A DNA stretch of 63,669 bases, the filler included, from Octopus bimaculoides (taxonomy: Eukaryota): NCBI RefSeq assembly GCF_001194135.2. It is 4 parts of 4 records of this genome, joined end to end, with 100 filler letters (N's around TTAATTAATTAA, not from the genome) between each part and the next. Parts side by side here need not be neighbours in the genome. Positions count along the whole stretch, not along the records: positions 42,794 to 62,368 come from NC_068990.1; positions 62,469 to 63,669 come from NC_068982.1; 2 more parts are not named here. One strand, written 5' to 3'. The position numbers were made by a program, and so were the translations under genes. Below the pieces are notes generated by a model. The model did not search any database, was not told where the DNA came from, and worked only from the letters and a program-made list of their open reading frames with translations. Positions 50,958-63,202 of the stretch are shown here, piece by piece; position 1 is the stretch's first letter, and the number at the start of each line of letters is the position of its first letter.

Positions 50958-50992
<35 letters not shown>

Positions 50993-51250
50993 GTGTGTGT
51001 GTGTGTGTGTTGTGTGTGTGTGTGTTGTGTGTGTGTGCGTTGTGTGTGTGTGTTGTNNNNNNNNNNNNNNNNNNNNNNNNNNNNNNNNNNNNNNNNNNNN
51101 NNNNNNNNNNNNNNNNNNNNNNNNNNNNNNNNNNNNNNNNNNNNNNNNNNNNNNNNNNNNNNNNNNNNNNNNNNNNNNNNNNNNNNNNNNNNNNNNNNNN
51201 NNNNNNNNNNNNNNNNNNNNNNNNNNNNNNNNNNNNNNNNNNNNNNNNNN

Positions 51251-51283
<33 letters not shown>

Positions 51284-52547
51284 ATAATTATTTGAATTCT
51301 TTCTTTGAAGGAGGAGCCAGTTTCTAATAAAGATACAAATCTTCATCATTGAAATGTAGATAACAAAAACAAATTCACACTTTGAACTTGAGAAAAGTCT
51401 TGCATATCTTTACTGTTCCACTGATAGATTGTATTTCTAATGAGTGAGTTAATTGGTTGATATCTTTTTCTGGAAATCCAAGCTTGTCTAGAGTGACAGT
51501 TTGGCAGTTTTACTTACAAAAGCAAGTGCACCGATCATTATTGGTGTAAACGTGAATTTATAGTCTGGATATAGAAGCTGGATGTTTTGAACCAGTGTTG
51601 GTGTGTTTACATCCCTGTAACTTAGCAATTTGACAAAAGGGTCCAATAAAATAAGCTTTAAAAAATAATGCCTTGGGGTCAAGTTGTTTGTCTAAAAACT
51701 CTTCAAGGTGGTACTCCAGCATGGCCACAGTGAAATGACTGAAACAAGTAAAAGAATAAAAAAATATATGTGTGTGTGTGTGTATGAAAACATTGTTTGT
51801 TGCATATACATAAGGCCATGAACATTACATATAGAGTGTTGTTTTTTTATATTCAGGGCCTTTAGCCATTCAACATATTTTTGTCATAAATCAAAAATCA
51901 AAAAATCACTTTGTACTATTCCACGCCTGCCCTTCTTAAAAGCTATTTCTTGTTAAATCTGTTTCACTTATCAGCAATCAGGAATCTTGGATATTTTCTG
52001 TCAACTTAACAAGCTAAGCACTTTTCTCAAAAGAAAGAAATATAATAAAAGCTAACCTCACTTCAACTACAAGTTCTTTAAGCGTATTCTTTCACTACTT
52101 CAAGAGTGAAAAACTGTCTCTCTGTTGTTATCGGTCTTCTGACACAAAACCTGACACCTTGAAGTGGTTCCTCGAATACGTTTCACGTCTTTAAGGAACA
52201 AAGAAAGTTCTTTCTTCTTCTTTGCAATGATTAACCTCTCAGCATTGAAATTACTCGTTTAGCTTTTACTCATTTTGATCTTTAGACTGTGGCCAAACTG
52301 GAGCACTGCCTAGATAAAGTTTTTACTTGAATGGATTGACACCAGCCCTTTCTATTTTTTTAAAGCCTGGTACAAATTGTATCAATCTCATTTTGCTGAA
52401 TTGCTAAGTGATAGAGACATAAGAAAACCAACACTGTTTGTCGAGTGGAGGTGGGCAACAAACACACACACACACACACACATACGCATGTATATATACA
52501 CGTATATTCTCTTATATTTTATTCTTTCTCTGTTTATTTTCTTGTGT

Positions 52548-52586
52548 TCCTTTCTGTTGAAGAGCGTAGGCTCGAAATGTAAAAGA
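52548..52586 (+). ncRNA. Minimal hammerhead-like motif with a variant core (CUGUUGA)
   Basis: CTTT/AAAG helix I, CTGTTGA (52554-52560), A + GAGC-GTAG-GCTC helix II, GAAA (52574-52577) and TGTA (probably decayed from CGTA). Confidence 0.5.
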
Positions 52587-52673
52587 CTTTCTCACCTTCC
52601 TGAGTGTTCAACTAATACATCTGTTTGTTGATTACACACCTGTCTTCATCTTTTGTTTTTTGTAAATTTCAAC

Positions 52674-52704
<31 letters not shown>

Positions 52705-52719
52705 ATATATATACATAAT

Positions 52720-53103
52720 GGGCATCTTTCAGTTTCTGTCTACCAAATCCACTCCAAAACTTTGTTCAACCTGAGGTTATACTAAAAGACACTAAATCAA
52801 GGTACCATGCAGTGGGACTGAACCTAGAACCATGTGGTTGGGAATCAAGCTTCTTACCACACAGCCATGCCATCACCTACTCTGTCAAACATATTGCTTG
52901 TTTATTCATCCTGCTTTGAAGTAATCCCGGATTATCTCATAAACTTTGAGACTTCAATGATGTAATTGTTTATTCCTTAAAATGACATTGTAGGGTAAGT
53001 GTGAGGAGCCAGATCTGACTGGTACCAACATAAAACAGTAGAATATTTGGGCCAGATATGGTGGGAAGACAAACACAGACATACAAATACATACACATAT
53101 ATG

Positions 53104-53135
<32 letters not shown>

Positions 53136-53380
53136 CGACAGGCTTCTTTCAGTTTCCATCTACCAAATCCACTCACAAGGCCTTGGTCGGCCCAAGGCTA
53201 TAGTAGAAGACACTTGCCCAAGATAACTCACAGTGGGACCGAACCCACAACCATGTGGTTGAGAAGCAAGCTTCTTACGACACAGCCACTCCTGCGCCTA
53301 TGTTTAATTTGACCGAAATTCCTCAAGGCGGTGCCCCAGCATGGCCACAATGACCGAAACAAGTAAAATAATAAAATAAA
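52720..53380 (-). mobile_element. Cluster of tRNA/CORE SINE pieces (52720-52870 and 53135-53300 on minus; a 3' half on plus at ~53320-53380)
   Basis: Direct matches to the 43088-43500 family. Confidence 0.75.
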
Positions 53381-53599
53381 AGACTGTCAAGAGATGAGGA
53401 CCAAAGTGGCATTTGGCAAATGTTGGGAACCTGCATGGTGGGTGTTTTATAAATGATGTTAATTCTTTAATCCTTGCAGGAGATGTTAACAAGATGGATT
53501 AAGAGTTAATTATTTACACATGTTAATCCGAAACATCACAGCCTGGCAAGATTGATGCTGCATCAATAATCTCGACACTCCCTGTATTTTCTCTTCACA

Positions 53600-54070
53600 G
53601 ACATTGTTGTCGTTGTTCTTGCTGCTGTTTTTGTTTTTCTTTTTTTGTTTCTGCTGCTGCTGCTGCTGTTATTGTTGATGTTGCTGCTGTTGTGGCTGCT
53701 GAGACTGCTACTGCTGCTGCTACAGGTAGCAGGTTTGTGTTGGTTGTTGATATTGTCGGTGATGATGATGATGATGGTCATGGTGGTAGCAATGGTGGGG
53801 GAGGGGTATATGACGACAGCGACAACGATAACAACAATGATGATGATGATAACGATGACAATGATGATGATGGTGATGATGATGGCGATAATGATGACGA
53901 TGATGATGATGGTGGTGACAATGATGATGTTGGTGGTGATGGTGGTGGTGGTGGTGGTGATGATGATGATGGTGGTGGTGCCGATGGTGGTGGTGCCGAT
54001 GATGGTGGAGCCGATGATGGTGGTGGTGGTGTGACGATGATGATGATGATGGTGATGATGATGATGGTAA
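53600..54070. repeat. Mixed CTG/GAT/GGT trinucleotide low-complexity tract
   Basis: Read directly. It gives poly-D/G/H/M ORFs in several frames on both strands. Confidence 0.9.
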
Positions 54071-54504
54071 AATACCATTGTGTACAGACATTTATAACGT
54101 GTATCCAAACATGGAATGGTATTAGCTGTAATATTTGGTCTCACAGAACACACCAGAATGAAACTTCATATCTCTCTTGTCCCAAAGACTGGTTCCAGAC
54201 TTGTCTGTAATTCTGCTTGATGGTGACATGTCACTTCAGAACATTATTTTTCTAGATTGTCTGTTAGTTCAAACATGGCTGTGTGGTTAGGAAACTTCCT
54301 TTGTAAACACAAGGCTTTGGGTTCAGTCCCACTTTGAGGAACCTTGGCCACCAATGCTTCGTGAGTGAATTTGATAAATAGAAACTGTGTGGAATCTCAT
54401 CATATATGTGTGTGTGTGAGTCTTTAGGTGTGTGTGTGTGTGTATTGTGTGTGTGTGTATGTGTGTGTTGTGTGTGTGTGTTGTGTGTGTGTGTTGTGTG
54501 TGTG

Positions 54505-54536
<32 letters not shown>

Positions 54537-55339
54537 AAGGAATCTCATCATATGTGTATGTGTGTGTGTCATTGTGTGTGTGTGTGTGTGTTGTGTGTGC
54601 ATGTTGTGTATGTGTGTTGTGTGTGTGATGTGTGTGTAGAATCTCATCATATATGTGTGTGTGTCTTTGCATTTGTACTTATCTCACTTCCACCACCACC
54701 TCTAATCGACAATTAACGTTGGTTTGTTTATGTCCTCATACCTTAGCAGTAACAGCAGAACTTGAAGCAGATAAAACTACAAAATAACAGCCTGTAATCT
54801 TACACTCTAATACTTACAGCTTCATCAACCATTAAAAATTAATTGTGGCACATTTCTTGAAGTTTCTAAACTCATACAAAGTTACCAAGTACTGGAGTCA
54901 ACAAATTTCAACTAAAACCCTACAAGGTAGTGCTCCAGCATGGCCAAAGTCTGATGACTGAAGCAAGTTCAAGGCAGAAGAGAAAAAATACTTTTCAAAA
55001 ACGAAAACAGAAATGCAAAAAACAATTACCTTTTGTAACGAGCAAACTAAAGAAAGCACAAAGGTAAGTCTTAGAGACAGGCTTTTTGTATGACACACAC
55101 CTTTACCAGAAAAATGGTAAAAAACAAAAAGGGACAATGGCACTAATTACATGTTCAGTTTCACAGGTAAACTGATTAAGCTATTTTGGAATATGCTGCC
55201 TGATGTGCTTCTTATCGTAGATGGAGATTGCATGAAAGTAGGGCTTCCACTCTTTTTAATTCATTGAGACTGCTGGAATCCAGATTTAGCAAGACACACC
55301 CGAGATCAAAACATGGAATATATGAAGAGAGGGACATAT

Positions 55340-55386
<47 letters not shown>

Positions 55387-55519
55387 TGTGTATGTGTGTG
55401 TATGTGTGTGTATATGTGTGTGTGCGTGAGTGTATGAGTGTGAGTATGTGTGTGTGCCTATGTGTGTATATATATGTGTGTGTGTGCATGTGTGTGTATG
55501 TGTGTATGTATGTGTGTGT

Positions 55520-55553
<34 letters not shown>

Positions 55554-56399
55554 GTGTGTGTGTGTATATACACACATATATATATAGATAGATAGGTGGA
55601 TGCCTATGTGTATGTGTGTATATATATATATGCATGTATGTATGTATTTATATATATATATGCACACACACACAAACACACACACTCACACACACATGGT
55701 GGCATACACTGACATGTAAATAAATATTTATAGTGACACAGTTTCACGCATGAACGCATTTACATGCAACTATACATGGAATCAGAAGATAACTTGCTTT
55801 CACTGATGCACAACAGACATACATGCAGGATCATGCATCGCTGCAATCATGTGCAAATGCACACACACACACACACACACACAATATCATTCATTAACAC
55901 ATACACACGTACAAATATAAACATGTATTCTTTTATTCTTTTATTCGTTTCAGTCATTTGACTGTGACCATGCTGGAGCACCGCCTTTAGTCGAACAAAT
56001 CAAACCCAGGACTTATTCTCAAGCAAGGCTGGGTATCTCTTCTAGTATATATATATGTGGTGTGTGTGTGTGTGTGCGCGTGTGTGTGTGGGTGTGTGTG
56101 TGTGTGTGTGTGTGCGTGTGCGCACGGTATATATATATTGTATAGGTCTCTTTTGCCAAATTGTTATGTTATGGGGATATAGACACGCCAACATCGGTTG
56201 CCGAACTGCTAAGTTACAGGGATATAAACATACCAACATTGGTTGTCAAGCAATGTTGGGGGACAAACACAGACACACAAATATATTTTCATTTTTTTTT
56301 CATTTTTTCATTTTATCTAGTTTCAGCTCATGAGCTGTGGCCATGGTGGGGCACCGCCATTTGGTGTTGCTACACAATTTTACTTCATGAATTTTACTT

Positions 56400-56785
56400 C
56401 ATGAATTGACATTTGGTGCATGAGAGAGTTTGATGCAGCTGCTTTCATCTGCGCCTCCTGCCGTGAAGTTGGTTCATCTGGGACACCTGACAGGAAGAGG
56501 TCCAGCCTTGTCTTGAAGACACCTACATCCACCACATGCAGGTCTCTCAGGTCCTTCGGGAGGATATTGAAGAGCTGTGGACCTTTGAAGCCCAGGCTAT
56601 TGCAATATCTTGTCCTACATCTTGATGGCAAATTTGGAGTCCTTGGCACTATGCAATGGCGTCCAGTTCTTTTATTTGTGTAACTTTCGATGCCAAAGTT
56701 TGGGACAATTCCTTCGAGGATCTTCCAGATGTATATTATGGCATCTCTTTCTCGTCTACGCTCTAAGGAATAGAATCTTAATCTC
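56400..56785 (-). mobile_element. 3' end of a CR1/L2-group LINE ORF2
   Basis: LRFYSLERRRERDAIIYIWKIL, GPQLFNILP and FKTRLDLFL..VPDEP. Confidence 0.82.
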
Positions 56786-56834
56786 TTATGATGGGCTTCT
56801 TTCAGTTTCTGTCTACCAAATCCACTCACAAGGA

Positions 56835-57272
56835 TTTGGTATATACTCTTTTACTCTTTTACTTGTTTCAGTCATTTGACTGCAGCCATGCTGGAGCACC
56901 ACCTTTAGGCGAACAAGTCGACCCCCAGGACTTATTCTTTGCAGGCCAAGTACTTATTCTATCAGTCTCTATTGCTGAACTGCTAATGTTACGGGGCAGT
57001 AAACACACCAATATCAGTTGTCAAGTGATGGTTTGGTGGGGGAGGACAAACACAGACACACAAATATATACATACATACACACATACACACACACACACA
57101 CACACATATATACATATATATATATATATATAATGGGCTTCTTTCCATTTCTGTTTACAAAATCCACTCACAAGGCCCGAGGCTATAGCAGAAGACACTT
57201 GCCCAAGGTGCTACACAGTGGGACCGAACCCATAACCATGTGGTTGGGAAGCAAGCTTCTTACCACACAGCC
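56835..57272 (-). mobile_element. Full-length tRNA/CORE SINE
   Basis: Colinear with 43088-43500. Confidence 0.85.
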
Positions 57273-58676
57273 AATATATATATANNNNNNNNNNNNNNNN
57301 NNNNNNNNNNNNNNNNNNNNNNNNNNNNNNNNNNNNNNNNNNNNNNNNNNNNNNNNNNNNNNNNNNNNNNNNNNNNNNNNNNNNNNNNNNNNNNNNNNNN
57401 NNNNNNNNNNNNNNNNNNNNNNNNNNNNNNNNNNNNNNNNNNNNNNNNNNNNNNNNNNNNNNNNNNNNNNNNNNNNNNNNNNNNNNNNNNNNNNNNNNNN
57501 NNNNNNNNNNNNNNNNNNNNNNNNNNNNNNNNNNNNNNNNNNNNNNNNNNNNNNNNNNNNNNNNNNNNNNNNNNNNNNNNNNNNNNNNNNNNNNNNNNNN
57601 NNNNNNNNNNNNNNNNNNNNNNNNNNNNNNNNNNNNNNNNNNNNNNNNNNNNNNNNNNNNNNNNNNNNNNNNNNNNNNNNNNNNNNNNNNNNNNNNNNNN
57701 NNNNNNNNNNNNNNNNNNNNNNNNNNNNNNNNNNNNNNNNNNNNNNNNNNNNNNNNNNNNNNNNNNNNNNNNNNNNNNNNNNNNNNNNNNNNNNNNNNNN
57801 NNNNNNNNNNNNNNNNNNNNNNNNNNNNNNNNNNNNNNNNNNNNNNNNNNNNNNNNNNNNNNNNNNNNNNNNNNNNNNNNNNNNNNNNNNNNNNNNNNNN
57901 NNNNNNNNNNNNNNNNNNNNNNNNNNNNNNNNNNNNNNNNNNNNNNNNNNNNNNNNNNNNNNNNNNNNNNNNNNNNNNNNNNNNNNNNNNNNNNNNNNNN
58001 NNNNNNNNNNNNNNNNNNNNNNNNNNNNNNNNNNNNNNNNNNNNNNNNNNNNNNNNNNNNNNNNNNNNNNNNNNNNNNNNNNNNNNNNNNNNNNNTTTTG
58101 GAATTTGATTTTATATATTAGAAATATTTTATAAGTATTTATATAAACAAACACACATATACACACATACAGGTATACACATATATGCATATACACACAC
58201 ACACATACAAACATATACAAGCAGAGGGGAGGTAAGGACTAAAAAAAAACAATTACATACATACAGGCTCACATATATATACTCATACAATGATATACAC
58301 ACACACACACAAACATTCATATACATATACTTTTACATAGAAATAGTGTCACAGACATTCACACAGACGCAGAAACACACACACACACACACAAATACGT
58401 ATACATGCACTCAGACATACACATGCATACATACGTACATATATACATATATACATACGTACATATATACATATATACATACGTACATATATACATACAT
58501 ATCTACATACATACGTACATATATACATACATATATATATACTTTCAAACACACACATACACTCACATACAAAGAGATACACATGTACACACACAAAATA
58601 AACATTAATTAAAGTAAATACGCCAGGCAAAGAATAACATCCTTTCACGCATAATTTCACACACACACACACACGT

Positions 58677-58710
<34 letters not shown>

Positions 58711-60004
58711 ATTCTTATATTCTTATTTATTCACAAACAACAACTGCAACAACAACACTACACCATCACCCTCACCACCACCACCACCACAATCATCATC
58801 ACCACCACCACCACTACCATCACTCCGCCAACACCACTAAAACTATCGNNNNNNNNNNNNNNNNNNNNNNNNNNNNNNNNNNNNNNNNNNNNNNNNNNNN
58901 NNNNNNNNNNNNNNNNNNNNNNNNNNNNNNNNNNNNNNNNNNNNNNNNNNNNNNNNNNNNNNNNNNNNNNNNNNNNNNNNNNNNNNNNNNNNNNNNNNNN
59001 NNNNNNNNNNNNNNNNNNNNNNNNNNNNNNNNNNNNNNNNNNNNNNNNNNNNNNNNNNNNNNNNNNNNNNNNNNNNNNNNNNNNNNNNNNNNNNNNNNNN
59101 NNNNNNNNNNNNNNNNNNNNNNNNNNNNNNNNNNNNNNNNNNNNNNNNNNNNNNNNNNNNNNNNNNNNNNNNNNNNNNNNNNNNNNNNNNNNNNNNNNNN
59201 NNNNNNNNNNNNNNNNNNNNNNNNNNNNNNNNNNNNNNNNNNNNNNNNNNNNNNNNNNNNNNNNNNNNNNNNNNNNNNNNNNNNNNNNNNNNNNNNNNNN
59301 NNNNNNNNNNNNNNNNNNNNNNNNNNNNNNNNNNNNNNNNNNNNNNNNNNNNNNNNNNNNNNNNNNNNNNNNNNNNNNNNNNNNNNNNNNNNNNNNNNNN
59401 NNNNNNNNNNNNNNNNNNNNNNNNNNNNNNNNNNNNNNNNNNNNNNNNNNNNNNNNNNNNNNNNNNNNNNNNNNNNNNNNNNNNNNNNNNNNNNNNNNNN
59501 NNNNNNNNNNNNNNNNNNNNNNNNNNNNNNNNNNNNNNNNNNNNNNNNNNNNNNNNNNNNNNNNNNNNNNNNNNNNNNNNNNNNNNNNNNNNNNNNNNNN
59601 NNNNNNNNNNNNNNNNNNNNNNNNNNNNNNNNNNNNNNNNNNNNNNNNNNNNNNNNNNNNNNNNNNNNNNNNNNNNNNNNNNNNNNNNNNNNNNNNNNNN
59701 NNNNNNNNNNNNNNNNNNNNNNNNNNNNNNNNNNNNNNNNGAAAGGCATCACCACCACTGCAAATATCCTACCGTGGCCGTCGCTGCCGCCGCCACCCTA
59801 CCGACACCTTTGTTATCGACACCTTCACCGCCGCCACCACCACCACTTCTATCGCTGCCGTCGCCACCATTTCTCTGTTAACCAGGTTTTCCTCCCTCCC
59901 CCCCCCGCTGAGATCAAAAGTTTACAGTCAACAGCAGCAGCTACAGACTACAAACTGTGCCGCTATCGCCGCCGCCGCCGCCTCTTCTGTTTATTTGCTC
60001 TGAT

Positions 60005-60500
60005 ACAAGAAAAGAATAGGAACGGAGGGGGAAAGAGAAGGAGGGAAAATGAAGAGAGAGAGACAGGGTGAAGAGAGAGGAGAGAGAGAGAAAGAAAGAG
60101 AGAGAGGAGAATAGAGAGAGAAAAGGGTGAAGAGGGAGGAGAGAGAGAGAGAACGAGAGTGAGAGGGAAGAGAATAAAAAGAGAGAGGGGAGAATAAAGA
60201 GAGAAAGAGGGTGAGGAGGGAGGAGAGAGAGAAAGAGAGGGAGAGGGAAAAGAATAAAGAGAGAGGGGAGAATAAAGAGAGAGAGAGAAAGATGAAGAGA
60301 GATAGAGAAAGATGAAGAGAGAGAAGAAAGAGAAAGAAAGAGAGAGAAGGAGAAGAGAGTGAGAGAGGAGAATAAAGAAAGAGAGGAGGATAAAGAGGAA
60401 GAGAGGAGAATAAAGTACCAGAGAGAAAGAGAAAGTAAGAGAGTGAGAGAGAGGAGAACAGAGAGATGGAAGAATAGAGAGAGAGAGAGAGAGAGCGAGA
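60005..60500. repeat. ~490-bp polypurine (GA-rich) tract with recurring GAGAATAAAGA
   Basis: Read directly. Confidence 0.9.
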
Positions 60501-60821
60501 GCAATAAAGAGATGGAGTGGTCGACATGCCGTTATCTTCATCATGGATTCTCCATCACATAAAATGTTGCATTTGATAATCGTTTCGTTCACCTGATGAA
60601 AGGGGGGGAAATAAACAAACAAAAAAAGAAACCACAACTCTTTCCACCTATTTCCTTCTTTATTTCTTTATTTCTTTCTTTGTTTATTTATTTATTTATT
60701 TATTGGCTTATTGTTTTGTTTGTATATTCTCTGTAGAAGTGTGAGCGGGGGGAAGAAACGTTGGCCTCCATTTTCTCATGTGCCAAAAACATTCTGCTGG
60801 AATTTCATAGAAACTGCAGGA

Positions 60822-61262
60822 GTGGCTGTGTGGGTAAAGAAGTTGGTTTCCTAACCACGTGGTTCCAGGTTCAGTCCCACTGCATGGCACCTTGGGCAAG
60901 AGTCTTCTACCACACCCTCTCAGGCCATCCGAAGCCTTGTGAGTGGATTTGGTAGACGGAAACTGATAGAAGCCTGTCCTCTGTATGTGGGAGAGTCTGT
61001 ATGTGTTTGTGAGTGATTGAGTGTGTGTGAGTGTGTGTGTGTCTTTGTGTCTTTGTGCCTGCCTTTGTCCCCCACCTTTGCTTGACAACTGGTGTGTGTG
61101 TGTCTACATTCCTTTAACTTAGCAGTTCAGCAAAAGGGACTCATAGAATAAGTACCAACATTAAAAAATAATAAGTCCTTGGATTGATTCTTTGAACTAA
61201 AACTCTACAAGGCGGTGCCCCAGCATGGTCGCAGTCTAATGACTGAAACAAGTAAGAGTAGA
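60822..61262 (+). mobile_element. Full-length tRNA/CORE SINE
   Basis: GGCTGTGTGGGTAAAGAAG head, GGTTCAGTCCCAC, ACCTTGGGCAAGAGTCTTCTAC, internal (TG)n and a 3' end GACTGAAACAAGTAAGAG. Confidence 0.85.
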
Positions 61263-61344
61263 GACACTGAATTAAACATCCATGAAGGAAGGATAGGAAC
61301 ATATTAGATTTATAAGCCCTAAAATTCACTCCATAATCACCCAC

Positions 61345-61570
61345 GGGCATATGGCGTAGTGGTTAAGAGCATGGGCTACTAACCCCAAGATTCTGAGTTT
61401 GATTCCAGGCAGTAACCTTAAAAATAATAACATCAAAAAATACTTTAGGAATGAGAACCCAGGTTCGAAATTTCCCCAAGCCACCTGATGAAGGCTGGAG
61501 GGTATATCAGCCGAAATGTTGTGTTAACAACAAACAAGATGAAGATTCCTCACCTCATAAATATAGAACT
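61345..61570 (+). mobile_element. tRNA-headed SINE-like element with a hammerhead motif in its tail
   Basis: A-box TGGCGTAGTGG (61352-61362) and B-box-like GTTTGATTCC (61397-61406). Tail HHR at 61482-61523. Confidence 0.72.
61482..61523 (+). ncRNA. Minimal type I hammerhead motif
   Basis: CAC/GTG helix I, CTGATGA (61485-61491), A + GGCTG/CAGCC helix II, GAAA (61513-61516) and a collapsed helix III AATGTT (probably decayed from palindromic AACGTT). Confidence 0.6.
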
Positions 61571-62001
61571 GTATCCATCAAGGTGTTGTATTTTGAATTT
61601 CAATTGATATTTTTCACATTTTCATTTTAAATCCAGTGGCACTTGGGCTCTGAATGCCTCTCATCATGACCAAAACAGTTTCTAAACAATTTTTTGAGCA
61701 TAAAACATCTCAGGTGACAAAAGATGTCTCAAATAACGAACACACAAACTAGCAAACAACAGTTGTATCAGCAGAAGAGCAACAGTCGATGTCTAGCCTT
61801 CCGTCAGTGACCAGCCCAGCTCAAATTCACCGCGGTTTCTTTTGAATTTCCTATGGCAAGAATAATTTCAGTTTATGAACATTTTTGGATAACGAATGGC
61901 CTTCAGGAATGAATTAAATTTGTAAAGCAAGGTTTGACTGTATGGTTTTTTTTTCACAGGGTAATCAGCAACATCATACACCTTGTGACAGTGTTCTCCA
62001 T

Positions 62002-62132
62002 CAGTGCTCTGCAACCAGTATGCTGCAGCACACTGGTGTGCCACAAGACGACGCTAGGTGTGCTGCAGTGTGCCACCGAATTTTGAAAAGAATATAAGTG
62101 TACCACAAGTGAAAAAAGGTTGCAGAGCACTA
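62002..62132. mobile_element. 131-bp hAT-type MITE
   Basis: TIRs CAGTGCTCTGCAACC and GGTTGCAGAGCACTA (14/15 match). 8-bp flanks TTCTCCAT and TTCTACAT (7/8 match) fit a hAT TSD. Confidence 0.82.
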
Positions 62133-62204
62133 TTCTACATCTCCATCATAATATTTTGGTATGATTTTTATGGCTGGATAAAGATATACATATGTGTATA
62201 GGCA

Positions 62205-62360
62205 CAGGTGTGGCAGTGTAGTAAGAAACTTGCTTCCCAACCACATGGTTCAGAGTTCAGTCCCACTATGTGAAACGTTGGGCAAGTATTTTCTCCTATA
62301 GCCTTAGGCTGACCAAAGTCTTGTAAGTGGATTTGGTAGACAGAAATGGAAAGAAGCCTG
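62205..62360 (+). mobile_element. 5' half of the tRNA/CORE SINE
   Basis: GGTGTGGCAGTGTAGTAAGAAAC...GTTCAGTCCCAC...TTGGGCAAGT. Confidence 0.78.
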
Positions 62361-63202
62361 TTATATATNNNNNNNNNNNNNNNNNNNNNNNNNNNNNNNN
62401 NNNNNNNNNNNNTTAATTAATTAANNNNNNNNNNNNNNNNNNNNNNNNNNNNNNNNNNNNNNNNNNNNTATATATATATATATTTACATATATATATATA
62501 TAGAGACAGAGAGACAGGGGGAGGAGAGAAAAAAGAGAAACAGAGAGACAGAGATTGAAAGATAGATAGATAGATATACACACACGCACATATATATAAT
62601 GTATGTGTATACATATATGTATGTATATAGTATATATTTATATATGATAGTATGAATGCATGTGTGTGTATATGTATATATGTATGTATGTATGTATACA
62701 TGTATGTGTGTGTGCGCGTGCGATAGGCCACTTCTATTTCCCATAATACATTATAATTCATATAGAGTCGAGGCAAATTTTCACAGCAAACCTCAATAAT
62801 ATCTTACAAATAAAATGTTTTCAACGCTGATAATATTTCATATGAGTTCTCTGGAATGGAATTAAAATCTCCGGAACATAACATATAGTATAGAGGTTAG
62901 CAAATTTCTTTTTATTTGGCCATAGCTCAAATGTCTATGTATCTCTCTCTGTAGTTGCCTATAATTTGCTACAACCACCATTTTGCTGGTAATGAAATTT
63001 AATTAAGTAGACTATATTGTAAACCATTTTGTTGACAACCAATAATTGTTGTCTCGCAGACAGAGAAGAAATTAGGTTTCGTTATTGGTGACAGCATCGA
63101 ATAACGTTGGATTCTATGTTCTCAGAAATACAGGAAATCACACAAGAAAATATGAAAGAGGCGTGAAGAATCAATAAACTTGAAATATCAATGCAGCAGC
63201 TT

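Noticed and set aside
53563-54210. Asp/Gly- or His-rich ORFs resembling biomineralisation or metal-binding proteins
   Set aside because: Mixed trinucleotide repeat that is open in many frames, with no splice context or domain.
54975-55069. Open stretch ending in a perfect AAG|GTAAGT donor
   Set aside because: No polypyrimidine acceptor, it abuts a SINE 3' half, and the peptide is unrecognised.
35427-60003. Long ORFs containing X runs (e.g. 35427-36563, 49328-50884, 56788-58134, 58675-60003)
   Set aside because: They are open only because they cross N gaps and microsatellites.
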